Origin: Candidatus Thorarchaeota archaeon
Lineage (GTDB): Archaea > Asgardarchaeota > Thorarchaeia > Thorarchaeales > Thorarchaeaceae
Direction: 5' to 3'
NCBI GenBank assembly: GCA_029855935.1
Contig: JAGSHN010000005.1
Span: forward strand, 128,001-192,000
DNA length: 64,000 bases
Below are positions 9,576 to 19,483 of the stretch, in pieces; position 1 is the first letter of the stretch; each line of letters begins with the position of its first letter. The translations under genes were made by a program, and so were the position numbers. The notes under the pieces were generated by a model. It did not search any database. It saw only the letters and a list, made by a program, of their open reading frames with translations, and had not been told where the DNA came from.

Positions 9576-10907
9576 GTGCCCAAAGTGACTGAGCACAAAG
9601 AATTGTATGACCGAGTATTTGGGCTCATTGAGAAACACGACCAATGGATGCACAACACAATCAATCTCATAGCATCGGAGAACGTTTCGTCGCCAGCGGT
9701 CAGGTCGGCCATTGTATGCGATTTTCGTGATAGATACGCAGAAGGATGGCCGGGCGAGAGAGTCTATGCGGGCTGCAGATACATTGACGAAGTGGAGCTC
9801 GTCTGCATAGACCTAGCGAAGAAGCTCTTCAGAGCCGAGTTCGCCGATGTTCGACCCGTGTCAGGAGTCGTGGCCAATCTGATGATGTACACGGCGTTCA
9901 TGGCGCCAGGCGACAGAATGATGGCATTGTCGATTGCACACGGGGGTCATATCTCCCACGCCAGGGGTAGTCTTGGTGGGACAGCAGGGGCAGTCCGTGG
10001 GCATAAGGTTCAGAACTGGGTGTTCGATGAAGCGGAATTCAACATCGATGTTGATGCCAGCATGAAGAAGATCAGGGGCCTCTTTCAGGATGGCAAGGAG
10101 GTCAAGTTTCTTCTCTTTGGCGGCAGTGTCTTCCTATTTCCGCACCCAGTCAAGGAGTTTCGTGATATAGCAGACGAGTACGGAATGCACATAGGATATG
10201 ACTCAGCTCATGTGTCGGGACTCATAGCAGGAGGAAAGTTCCAAGACCCCTTGAGAGAGGGCGCTGACGTTGTCACTGCATCGACACACAAGACCCTGCC
10301 CGGGCCGCAGCACGGAATTGTCCTCAGCAGGGAGGAATTCGCCGAGGCCATTAAGAGAGCAGCCTTCCCAGGGCTGATGAGCAATCATCATCTCCATAAC
10401 GTCGCAGGACTGGCCGTCGCACTCGCAGAGATGATGGAGTTCGGCAAGGACTACACTGCGCAGATATTGAAGAACGCTAGGGCTCTCGGTCAGGCACTGC
10501 ATGAGAGAGGTTGGAAGGTCGTAGCAGAGCACAAGGGATTCACGGAGTCCCATCAGATCCTAGTGGACATATCCGAGACACCGATGAAAGACGGGCGTAC
10601 GGTAGAGGAACAGCTCGAGCGCGCGAACATCGTCATCAACAGGAACCTATTGCCTTGGGATAAGAAGAGAGGACGAGACTACAAGAGACCAGGTGGAATC
10701 CGACTCGGGACAAGTGAGATGACGCGACTTGGAATGCGTAAGTCCGAGATGGAGGCGATTGCGGAGTTCATGACACGAGTCGTAATGCGTGGAGAGGATG
10801 TCACCAAGGTCGCAAAGGATGTTGCAGAGTTCCGGAAGGACTACCAGAGGGTGCACTACGCCTTTGATACAGAAACGCCCGCATATCAGCACCTGCGCTT
10901 CAAGTGA
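9576..10907 (+). CDS. glyA: Serine hydroxymethyltransferase
   Basis: INLIASEN, RYAEGWPGER, GGHISH, STHKTLPGPQ. Confidence 0.95.
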   Translation: MPKVTEHKELYDRVFGLIEKHDQWMHNTINLIASENVSSPAVRSAIVCDFRDRYAEGWPGERVYAGCRYIDEVELVCIDLAKKLFRAEFADVRPVSGVVANLMMYTAFMAPGDRMMALSIAHGGHISHARGSLGGTAGAVRGHKVQNWVFDEAEFNIDVDASMKKIRGLFQDGKEVKFLLFGGSVFLFPHPVKEFRDIADEYGMHIGYDSAHVSGLIAGGKFQDPLREGADVVTASTHKTLPGPQHGIVLSREEFAEAIKRAAFPGLMSNHHLHNVAGLAVALAEMMEFGKDYTAQILKNARALGQALHERGWKVVAEHKGFTESHQILVDISETPMKDGRTVEEQLERANIVINRNLLPWDKKRGRDYKRPGGIRLGTSEMTRLGMRKSEMEAIAEFMTRVVMRGEDVTKVAKDVAEFRKDYQRVHYAFDTETPAYQHLRFK

Positions 10908-10948
10908 TATCTCTGAGTCAGGACCGACCCCCAGAGAGAGGGATCCCT

Positions 10949-11245
10949 GTGGAAATTAGAGACGCCCAAGAGATGATGCGTAGAATATACTATGAGAGGG
11001 ACAGAGCACGTGGTATTGAACGCACCATGTTGAGGACGTTTCAGGAGCTCGGCGAGCTGAGCGACGCGATACTGAGAAAGTCGTCTCACGAGGAATTGGA
11101 GGCAGAGATGGCTGATGTCTTCGCGTGGCTCTGTTCCCTCGCAAATTTGATGGACATTGACCTAGGAGAAGTCCTCAGTCGGAAATATCCTAACTCGTGC
11201 TCTCGCTGTGGAAAATCACCCTGTGTCTGCAAGAACGAACCATAG
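10949..11245 (+). CDS. MazG-like nucleotide pyrophosphohydrolase
   Basis: QELGELSDA, EMADVFAWLCSLAN, C-terminal CSRC..PCVC. Confidence 0.85.
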   Translation: MEIRDAQEMMRRIYYERDRARGIERTMLRTFQELGELSDAILRKSSHEELEAEMADVFAWLCSLANLMDIDLGEVLSRKYPNSCSRCGKSPCVCKNEP

Positions 11246-11335
11246 TCCGGCGCCGATGCTATGACTGGATGATACATGCTTGGAAAGGGTTAAAAGTAGA
11301 GGGAGGAGAGAGCCGTAGGCACGGAGGCCAATCTG

Positions 11336-11518
11336 ATGCCGAAGAGCAGCAAGAAGAGAAAGCGGAAGAAGGGCGAGGGCCCCATGCCCTCAGGCGGGGC
11401 GGGTCTGATCCGATTCTTTGAGGACGAGACCCCAGGAATCAAGATTGGCCCGACGCTCGTGGTTGTGTTCGCCGCGATTCTCATTATCGCGACAGTACTT
11501 GGTCATCTGTCCCCCTAG
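11336..11518 (+). CDS. secG: Preprotein translocase subunit Sec61beta
   Basis: GAGLIRFFEDETPGIKIGP followed by one TM helix. Confidence 0.9.
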   Translation: MPKSSKKRKRKKGEGPMPSGGAGLIRFFEDETPGIKIGPTLVVVFAAILIIATVLGHLSP

Positions 11519-11593
11519 TCCAAGCGACCCACGCCCCAAGAATTATAAAGAATCCAGTGACGGACCATTCGCTCTTGATGTGGTGAAACGTCA

Positions 11594-11875
11594 ATGAAGA
11601 TGCGTGCTACAATTAACCGATACTGTCCCAGATGCAGGACATACACTGAACACGCCGTTTCGCTCTACAAAAAGGGGAAGGATAGATCGAGAGCACAGGG
11701 CGCCAGAAGGATGGCGCGTAAGACAAAGGGGTATGGCTCTTTTCCGAAGCCCATTCAGAAGAGGTTTGCCAAGACGACGAAAAAAGTCATGCTCAAGTAC
11801 AAGTGCAAAGAGTGCGGATATATTGTCCAGTCCAGGGGAATGAGACTGAAGAAGATAGAGATTCAGCGTACGTAG
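11594..11875 (+). CDS. rpl44e: 50S ribosomal protein L44e
   Basis: YCPRCRTYTEH, KGYG, AKTTKK, CKECG. Confidence 0.95.
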   Translation: MKMRATINRYCPRCRTYTEHAVSLYKKGKDRSRAQGARRMARKTKGYGSFPKPIQKRFAKTTKKVMLKYKCKECGYIVQSRGMRLKKIEIQRT

Positions 11876-12077
11876 CCCCTGCCGTCAACTCTGTGGAACT
11901 GGACCACAGGACATAGCGTAACGTGTCAGTCGCAGACTAAGGATTCTCGCTCGCTGATGTCGACTGGCTGCTGGTGATAGAGATACAGTTATAATGGCAC
12001 CCATTCGCACTGGGTGTAGACCTCCGGACGGGCCTCGTTCTACGTTGAGGCAATACACGAGTCAAGTGGTGATAGAG

Positions 12078-12278
12078 TTGACAAAGAAGGAGATAGTTGA
12101 GCAGCCGCGATCGCGGTTTCTACGAGTTCAATGTCTCGACTGCGAGAATGAGCAGATCATCTTCGACCATGCCACAACAGAGGTGAAATGCCTTAAGTGC
12201 GGGAAGGTGCTTGCCAAACCCGCGGGCGGTAAGGCCAAGCTTCAGCCCATAGCCAGAGAGATCGAAGTCCTTCCATAG
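12078..12278 (+). CDS. rps27e: 30S ribosomal protein S27e
   Basis: PRSRFLRVQCLDC, CLKCGKVLAKPAGGKA; TTG start after GGTGAT. Confidence 0.93.
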   Translation: MTKKEIVEQPRSRFLRVQCLDCENEQIIFDHATTEVKCLKCGKVLAKPAGGKAKLQPIAREIEVLP

Positions 12279-12314
12279 GAGAATGGGTACACTCCCGGCG
12301 GGAGGCGTCATACG

Positions 12315-13109
12315 ATGGTCCGAAAGCGAGCAGAATGGCCCCAACCAGATGAGTACGTAATCGCGATTGCTACAAAGGTAGCACCCTATGGTGCATATGT
12401 CGTATTGCCAGAGTACGGAAACAAAGAGGGGTTCATACATATATCAGAAGTCAGCAGCACGTGGGTACGAAATATTAGGAACCATATTCATGAGGGGTCG
12501 AGGGTCATCGTCAAAGTACTCCAAGTCGATCCGCAGAGAGGGCATATCGACTGCTCGCTTCGCAGGGTTTCGAACGAGGCCAAGAGAAAGAAGAACAGCG
12601 AATGGAAGAGGGCCCAGAAGGCAGAAAAGCTATTGGAGTTTATTGCCAAAGAAAACAACATGACCCTTGAGGAAGTGTATGAGAAGATTGGCTGGCCGCT
12701 TGAGGACTACTACGGGGAGATATACAAGGGCCTTGAACGAGCAGCTGACATCGGTATGGAGGCCCTCGAGGACATAGATGCGCCCAAGGAGCTCAAGGAG
12801 CAACTTGTGGCACTGGCGAAGGCAAGGATAGAGATACCATCTGTTGAGATAGACGGAGAGATGACCGTCTTCGTTCCGGGACCCAATGGGGTTGAGGTCA
12901 TAAGAGAAGCGCTGACAAGGGGCCTAGAGATTGGTAAGCAGTACCAAAAGACCGACGTGGAGATCTATACACTCGGTGCCCCCCGCTACAAGCTTCGGAT
13001 CACAAGCCCCGACTATAGAGAGGCCGAACAGGTGTTGTTCGAGATCATAGAGGCCGTGCAGAAGATTGTTGAGAGCAACGGTGGCACCTTTAAGTTTGCC
13101 CGAAAATAG
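12315..13109 (+). CDS. eif2a: Translation initiation factor 2 alpha subunit
   Basis: S1 domain EGFIHISEVSSTWVRNI; GAPRY; rpl44e-rps27e-eif2a-nop10 synteny. Confidence 0.95.
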   Translation: MVRKRAEWPQPDEYVIAIATKVAPYGAYVVLPEYGNKEGFIHISEVSSTWVRNIRNHIHEGSRVIVKVLQVDPQRGHIDCSLRRVSNEAKRKKNSEWKRAQKAEKLLEFIAKENNMTLEEVYEKIGWPLEDYYGEIYKGLERAADIGMEALEDIDAPKELKEQLVALAKARIEIPSVEIDGEMTVFVPGPNGVEVIREALTRGLEIGKQYQKTDVEIYTLGAPRYKLRITSPDYREAEQVLFEIIEAVQKIVESNGGTFKFARK

Positions 13110-13129
13110 AGCGCGAGGGGAGGGGGGCG

Positions 13130-13348
13130 TTGCCACTTCTTTTCAAGTGTGTGGAATGTGGGGAGTATACATTGGAGGAGCGGAGATGCCCCCGTTGCGG
13201 AGGGGCTGTGAGGAATCCCCACCCGGCCAAATATAGTCCACTCGACAAGTATGGGGCGTATAGACGAGCGGCCAAGAAACGGGCAAGAGCATCTGATGCG
13301 GTAGAGAATAGGCAGAGTAGCCTCAAAGGCCAGCGGCGTCCAATGTGA
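13130..13348 (+). CDS. nop10: H/ACA RNP protein Nop10
   Basis: CVECGEYTL, CPRCGG, HPAKYSPLDKYGAYRR. Confidence 0.92.
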   Translation: MPLLFKCVECGEYTLEERRCPRCGGAVRNPHPAKYSPLDKYGAYRRAAKKRARASDAVENRQSSLKGQRRPM

Positions 13349-13442
13349 TACCGTTGCAGTCGCATGGGGATCAGTCTTGATTCTCAGACCGATTCATCTA
13401 GAGGAGGGACTGAGAGGAAGTTGATCGGACTCAACATTCCTC

Positions 13443-16247
13443 TCAATGTAGTTCAACGGGGACCCAGAATGTAGACCAAGATGTCGCAAAGGTCGGGCTG
13501 CCAGTATTAACGTTGTTCCAGAACAACAGTCGAATCTGATAGTTCATGCCCACCTGCAATAGAAGGTCCTCAGCGTCGCCTGAGTCTAGAGGCAACAGGA
13601 ACTCCACTACGCCGTCGCTATAGGCGTATTCACTCGATGATGACCCAGTGGAGTCCAGCTGCCAGTCACCAACGTAGGACACATGGCCGTCATAGTAGTC
13701 ATGACCCTCATAGTTCACAATCCGGAGATCGGGTCGTTCGGTATTGTCCACCGGTGCCAGCTGTATTCCTAGGGAATCCTCCGTGGCGGAGAAGTCATCC
13801 ATTCGAATTCCGAAGTAGATGTGTGTCCCGTTAGACTGACAGTAGACTGTTGCACGGTAGTCACCACCGAACACAGTTTCATAGTGGGCGAAACTAGTTT
13901 CCGCGGTAGATAGCGACCCATCGAGCGACACGCCATCCAGTGGACCAATATTAGGTTTCCAGTCAGCTGCAGTCCTGTTCAACGACTGTTCAAGCATCGT
14001 GTAGTTGATCTCATAGATCTTCACCAGTCCGTACTCGGCACTGGTATACACGAGATTGAATGTATTGTACAGGGTGTCAGGGATATTGTTGACCCAACGC
14101 TTGTCACTGTCCTGCATATAGCCCCCAAGGTCGGCCCTCTTCCGAGCATCGGACAGCCCCATATCATTTGCCTCCTGCTCGCTATGGGGCTCGTTATAGA
14201 GCATCAGCTTGTAGAGAGTTGATGAGAAGAAGGCATCTTGGGTGTACTCCTTCTCCACAACGTCGGGTGTATCTGGGTTGTCACCAAGATAAGTGGCATC
14301 ATCAATCAGGCTGCTGCCGAATCGGTCCTCCGCGATTCGGACCATCCATGGCCACTTGCCGTCATCGCCGCCAAAGCCAGATATTCGATGACCCCAGTAT
14401 ACAAGAACGTGAGTTGCATTCCACATCTTGAATACGCGTAGCGACTCCGTCAGATTCAAGGCCATCAACGCATAGCCCATAAGAGCTATCTGCGTCCTAT
14501 TGTGAGTTGAGTTGTCGACTATTGTTCGCCCGCCACCAGCGCTATTAATCCAGTATCCATAGTCCCACCAGCTGGCAATCGTTGCTGTGGGCGGAAGAAC
14601 GTTCCTGATGAAGTTCATAGCGGTCTGCCAGTCAGTGTACTGTGCACCCTCGGCAATACTGCCAGATGCGAGCTCTGGACCACTGACCTGATTCACGGTA
14701 TAGCTGACACCACCAAAGACTGCCATAGATAGGACTAGAGCAACAAAACCATAGGCCATCAGCGTGTGCTCCGATGTCAGAGAAGTGCTGACTCGAAACC
14801 GTCTTCTCTCAAACACCGATTTCTCGGCAACTATCTTTGCATATGGCGACAGAGTCTGATGCACAGCCACAGCTGACAGGATGGCAACCCCTGGCGCGAG
14901 AATCAGAGCCAACCGGATCATGCTTCCCGCAAAGTACACCGACGTGAGGCCATATAGAAGGATGAGCCAGTCCTCATCGTGGCCTCGCTTGTAGAGGAAG
15001 TACATACCGAGCGGGAAGAAGAATATCAGCACCAGAAGCGTGTTGTAGAAGCTTGACCACGGGCTCGGGAGATGCTCTGCAACAGAGGCGAAGATCCGCT
15101 GGTCGAGCCTATAGAAGGGATTGATGACCGTCAGAAACTTGCCACCGATTCGGAGAACTGCGTTGGAATTGGCGGTTCTGATTGACAGGTCAGTTCCACT
15201 CCCGTATAAGAAGTAGGCACCGACGGCAATCAACGGCATGATGAGGCCTATTAGGAGCGGCTTCATGTGCGGAGAGAGTGCTGCAGCCGTAGAAACACGA
15301 TACCTCTCTATGCGTGTCCAGACCTCGTAGCTGGCAAGGAGCGCACCCACAGCAATCGGGGCCATATACGAGAGGGAGGTGATGTTCTCAAATCCGTTGC
15401 GAGGAACCAGTCCCCCGATGAATAGGCCCAATGATATCGTAATCATGTAGGAGGATAGAAGGCGCCGGCTGTACCGGCCTGCAACAAACATAAGGAATGC
15501 GTAGACAGCCAGAAGATCAACGAGGAAGTCAGCTGCGCCCCACGAGGCCATCAGATATCCGACCGATAGCCCCGCACCGACCGCAGAGGCAATCGAGTCG
15601 CGTTTGATGCTGCGAGTGAAGAAGAACAGACCGAGCACTATTGCGAAAACACCAATACACTCATTGTCAAAGAAGCCTTCCACAGTTCTCTGTAGGAAGG
15701 CGGGGAGATATCCCATGAACAGCGCAGTCAGAAGCCCTACGGTGTTGTTGTAGAGCTCGCGACCAAGAAAGAATGCAACAATTGTTGTCAGAGCACCCAT
15801 CAGAGCAGGCATGATCACAGAAACAAAGGTCACACTCACGTTGATTCCGAGAGCATGTGCTGCGAAGTAGAGGAAGGCGCTGGTGAATGGTACACCAACA
15901 TAGGTGGCCGTTGCAATGTCCCGGCCAAAGGGCATCCATGTCGTGTCATCGTACCAAGTGAAGAAGGCACCATATCCATGCTCTGAGATGTACTCAGTGA
16001 CCTTGAGTTGGAACCAAGGGTCGAACGCGCGGACTATTGGCTGCCTATCGACAAGAGGAAGAAGCCGAAGGGCGAGTGACACGAAGAAAATTATCGTCAA
16101 GGCAACAATGACCATCACGGATCCTCGTGAGATCTTTGCTTTCGGACGGTGAAATACCTGGCGGAGAAATCTGCCTGCAGACCTCTTGAGCTTCCTGAAT
16201 CGGGCCATAATGGGTGCGCTCTCCAATTCGTCTGGAATCATCGGCAT
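13443..16247 (-). CDS. aglB: Oligosaccharyltransferase AglB/STT3 with C-terminal extra domain
   Basis: FDPWF, GFFDNE, ASVAEH, SWWDYGY, DNST, DDGKWPWMVRI; many TM helices. Confidence 0.93.
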   Translation of the reverse strand: MPMIPDELESAPIMARFRKLKRSAGRFLRQVFHRPKAKISRGSVMVIVALTIIFFVSLALRLLPLVDRQPIVRAFDPWFQLKVTEYISEHGYGAFFTWYDDTTWMPFGRDIATATYVGVPFTSAFLYFAAHALGINVSVTFVSVIMPALMGALTTIVAFFLGRELYNNTVGLLTALFMGYLPAFLQRTVEGFFDNECIGVFAIVLGLFFFTRSIKRDSIASAVGAGLSVGYLMASWGAADFLVDLLAVYAFLMFVAGRYSRRLLSSYMITISLGLFIGGLVPRNGFENITSLSYMAPIAVGALLASYEVWTRIERYRVSTAAALSPHMKPLLIGLIMPLIAVGAYFLYGSGTDLSIRTANSNAVLRIGGKFLTVINPFYRLDQRIFASVAEHLPSPWSSFYNTLLVLIFFFPLGMYFLYKRGHDEDWLILLYGLTSVYFAGSMIRLALILAPGVAILSAVAVHQTLSPYAKIVAEKSVFERRRFRVSTSLTSEHTLMAYGFVALVLSMAVFGGVSYTVNQVSGPELASGSIAEGAQYTDWQTAMNFIRNVLPPTATIASWWDYGYWINSAGGGRTIVDNSTHNRTQIALMGYALMALNLTESLRVFKMWNATHVLVYWGHRISGFGGDDGKWPWMVRIAEDRFGSSLIDDATYLGDNPDTPDVVEKEYTQDAFFSSTLYKLMLYNEPHSEQEANDMGLSDARKRADLGGYMQDSDKRWVNNIPDTLYNTFNLVYTSAEYGLVKIYEINYTMLEQSLNRTAADWKPNIGPLDGVSLDGSLSTAETSFAHYETVFGGDYRATVYCQSNGTHIYFGIRMDDFSATEDSLGIQLAPVDNTERPDLRIVNYEGHDYYDGHVSYVGDWQLDSTGSSSSEYAYSDGVVEFLLPLDSGDAEDLLLQVGMNYQIRLLFWNNVNTGSPTFATSWSTFWVPVELH

Positions 16248-16552
16248 CAGACTGTGGATGTGCTAAAAAGGTTGCGTTTGGAGGGGCACTTGTACTAGGA
16301 CTGCAAACAGCTGTCATGTAGAACTTCGTCGTTTTTGGAAATCTCGCGAGTGAATCATAGAGGCTCAAGGCAGAAAAGGAGTGCTACGATTCAGGAAGAC
16401 AGGTGGCGAGCCAAGTCAGGGTGCAGATGACCGACGCCATTGGCACACGGTTGCCCACTGGATGGCTAATCAGTATCCAGCGATGTAGGAACACAGATAG
16501 AAGCGGTGAGAGAGGGAACAGGGTCGCCCCATCACGTGCCCCGGGGCGACTA

Positions 16553-16957
16553 CTATTCTTGCAGTTCCGCGATGTACTTGGAATACTCCTCACTGGTCAT
16601 CAGAGATTTGAGGTCCTCTTCTAACTTGGATGGACGAATCTTGAACATCCATCCTCGACCGTACGGGTCCTCATTCACAATCTCGGGAGCATCTTCAAGT
16701 TCGGTGTTGACCTCGATGATCTCACCGCTGACTGGACTGAAGATGTCGGATGAGGCCTTCATCGACTCGACGAGCCCGCATTCTTCCCCCGCATTGACGA
16801 CGGTCCCGACCTCACTTATCTCGACATAGGTGATCTCGTGAAGCGCGTGTTGGGCATGGTCGGTTATTCCAACAACGACCACTCCATCTTCAATTCGAGC
16901 CCATTCATGATCCTTCGAGTAGTAGAGCCCGTCAACGACCTTCTTTCCTTCGCTCAT
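16553..16957 (-). CDS. gcvH: Glycine cleavage system H protein
   Basis: YSKDHEW, GITDHAQ, VESMKASS (lipoyl Lys), VNEDPYGRGW. Confidence 0.95.
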   Translation of the reverse strand: MSEGKKVVDGLYYSKDHEWARIEDGVVVVGITDHAQHALHEITYVEISEVGTVVNAGEECGLVESMKASSDIFSPVSGEIIEVNTELEDAPEIVNEDPYGRGWMFKIRPSKLEEDLKSLMTSEEYSKYIAELQE

Positions 16958-17028
16958 CAGAGTGCACCTTCGCTCTTGGCTGACGCACAAGGGTGCTTAA
17001 ATGAGTTGCTGCAAAGCTAGCGGCCTAC

Positions 17029-18177
17029 CTACTGATTGCGCGCTTCACCATATCTCTGTGGGTCGTAGAATGGCCATTTGCGAGCCTCAGCACGTCTAAT
17101 TCTGCCCTTGATGTCAACCTCTATAGTATCACCCTCGTCGACCGAGCCGGGTGAAACATAGCCCATACCAATGCCCTTACCGAGGATGGGTGAGAGCCCG
17201 CCACTTGTGACAACTCCTATTTCATTGCCATCCGACAATAGTCGATACCCCTGTCGTGGAATACCACGGTCCACCATCACGAATCCTATTCTTGTCTTGC
17301 GAATCGCCCCCTCTTTCTTGTGTCTATATACAACGTCATAGCCAATATAGTGGGGCTCGACCTTCAGCTTAACTGCATAGGGGATCCGTGCCTCAATCGG
17401 CGATGTGTCCTCATCAAGCTCGTGACCGTACAGCACAAAACCAGCCTCGAGACGGGTCGAGTCGCGAGATCCAAGCCCACAGGGGCGCGCCCCAAGGTCT
17501 TCACCGGTTGAGAGTATTCTCTCCCAGAACTCTATTGCTTTCCTACGTCCCTCATCGTTGAAGGGAGTGTCAAGCAATAGAATCTCGCCACCAGCCTCAC
17601 CAGTGTACCCAGTTCGGCACAAGTAGCAATCTTGGCCAAACAATGTCATCCGACTACAGCTGAAACGTGGAAGAGAGCGAACATCGGTGTTTGCCATCCT
17701 TGAGAGAAGCTCAAGAGCGTTTGGACCTTGGACCGCAATCATGACAACCCTGCGCGACCAGTCCTCCAGATGGACATCGAACCCACTGGAATGCTCTTGG
17801 AGATGGCCCCAGATCTTGGAGGCATTCGATGCATTGGTGACCCAGATGAATTCGTGCTCGCCTACTCGATAGAGCATCAGGTCGTCTCGCACGCCGCCTC
17901 GCTCATTGAGACAGGTCGAGTAGTGTCCCATATTGATGCGCAACTTCCGGACGTTGTTTGTTGTCACGGTCTGCAGAAAGTCGACCGCATCGGGGCCAGA
18001 TATGGAGAAGCGTGCCATATGGGTGGTATCGAATATTCCGACCGCCTCTCGAACCGCCATATGCTCCTCGCGAATATCGCTAAACCGGACTGGCATCTCC
18101 CATCCTGCAAACTCTACGATGTCGCCATGCTTCACATGCCATTCGTATAGGTGAGTCCTCTTCAGACCTGTATTCAT
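17029..18177 (-). CDS. gcvT: Glycine cleavage system T protein
   Basis: FAGWEMP, FDTTHM, RTGYTGE, GLGSRDSTRLEAG. Confidence 0.95.
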   Translation of the reverse strand: MNTGLKRTHLYEWHVKHGDIVEFAGWEMPVRFSDIREEHMAVREAVGIFDTTHMARFSISGPDAVDFLQTVTTNNVRKLRINMGHYSTCLNERGGVRDDLMLYRVGEHEFIWVTNASNASKIWGHLQEHSSGFDVHLEDWSRRVVMIAVQGPNALELLSRMANTDVRSLPRFSCSRMTLFGQDCYLCRTGYTGEAGGEILLLDTPFNDEGRRKAIEFWERILSTGEDLGARPCGLGSRDSTRLEAGFVLYGHELDEDTSPIEARIPYAVKLKVEPHYIGYDVVYRHKKEGAIRKTRIGFVMVDRGIPRQGYRLLSDGNEIGVVTSGGLSPILGKGIGMGYVSPGSVDEGDTIEVDIKGRIRRAEARKWPFYDPQRYGEARNQ

Positions 18178-18253
18178 AGGGGCACCACTGTATGCTCGGC
18201 CGGCCATGCTAGGTTTTAATTTCTTCCATTCTTGCGAAACTTGGCGAGCGCAG

Positions 18254-19483
18254 ATGTTGTATCAACGACAGGTACGTGTGAGGGACACATATGTCGGGCG
18301 TGACGCGCCCACGCGTCTAATGGCCGTTGTGAATGTCTCTAGCGAGTCGTTCTTTGCAGGCTCGGTAGTGGCCCCCGAGAGCATCGACAAGAGAGTGAGG
18401 CTGTTAGAGAGGCAGGGAGCAGAGATCATAGACATAGGTGGGGCATCCAGCGCGCCCACAGAGATCTATGGTACTGAGCATATCTCCGTCGAGGAAGAAT
18501 TGAAACGGATACAGCGAGCAATGAGGGTTGCACGAGACGCAACCGACCTCCCCATCTCGATTGACACTAGCTCTGCAGATGTGGCAAGGTTGGCTCTGGA
18601 CCTCGGTGCGGATATGGTCAATGATATCACTGGCCTCAAGGGAGACCCACAGATGGCACCTCTTGTAGTGAGAGAGGACGTTCCGGTGGTGATAATGGCG
18701 AGCTGCAATGGGCCGTGCCAAGATGCAGAAACGACATGGATGGAAATGAAGAGGAGTCTTGAGCTGGCAGCACAGGCAGGAATTGATGATGACAAGATAG
18801 TCATTGACCCGGGCATAGGATTTGGGAGACCACCAGATGAGGACTTCCGGCTCATCAGGGAGTTGCCCATGTTTTGCACTCTCGGTCATCCGGTCCTAGT
18901 AGGAGTTTCTCGAAAGGCATTCATAGGAAGCCTTCTCAATCACCCGAACCCCGAGGACCGCCTCATAGGAAGTGTTGCCGTCACATCAGTCGCAGTCGCA
19001 AATGGCGCGGACATAATCAGGACGCATGATGTCGAGGAAACAAGGGAGGCAATACAGATAGGGCTGGCGCTTAGAAGACCTGAGATACGGAACGAGGAAA
19101 CCGTCCTCCTTGACAATGTGGAAGAGCCTCAGCTGATCTCTGTGCTCGAGAGGATTGGTGTTGATCCGGAGATTAGAGGAAGATTGACGAAAAAGAGTGT
19201 CATGCTGAATCTGTTGATTGGAAGTGTTGCCACACCTGCCGCGCTCGTGATAAAGCAGGAGATGCTGGCATTGGGCGGCGATGCCGCCTACCACAGAGAC
19301 GTTATTGACTGCAGGGTATCAGACACCACTCTCTTGATTGTGGGGACTCCATTGCAGTTGGAGAAACTAGGGAGGCGACTGCGAAAGATGAACTACTTCG
19401 GATTGCCGAGGATTGCTGAACAGATTCGATATATCTTGGAGAAGAGAGAGGAGAGGGCGGTGGTCCCGGTTGGACTGGGCTGA
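18254..19483 (+). CDS. folP: Dihydropteroate synthase with C-terminal accessory domain
   Basis: MAVVNVSSESF, IDIGGAS, SIDT, DPGIGFG, GVSRKAF, IIRTHDV. Confidence 0.9.
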   Translation: MLYQRQVRVRDTYVGRDAPTRLMAVVNVSSESFFAGSVVAPESIDKRVRLLERQGAEIIDIGGASSAPTEIYGTEHISVEEELKRIQRAMRVARDATDLPISIDTSSADVARLALDLGADMVNDITGLKGDPQMAPLVVREDVPVVIMASCNGPCQDAETTWMEMKRSLELAAQAGIDDDKIVIDPGIGFGRPPDEDFRLIRELPMFCTLGHPVLVGVSRKAFIGSLLNHPNPEDRLIGSVAVTSVAVANGADIIRTHDVEETREAIQIGLALRRPEIRNEETVLLDNVEEPQLISVLERIGVDPEIRGRLTKKSVMLNLLIGSVATPAALVIKQEMLALGGDAAYHRDVIDCRVSDTTLLIVGTPLQLEKLGRRLRKMNYFGLPRIAEQIRYILEKREERAVVPVGLG

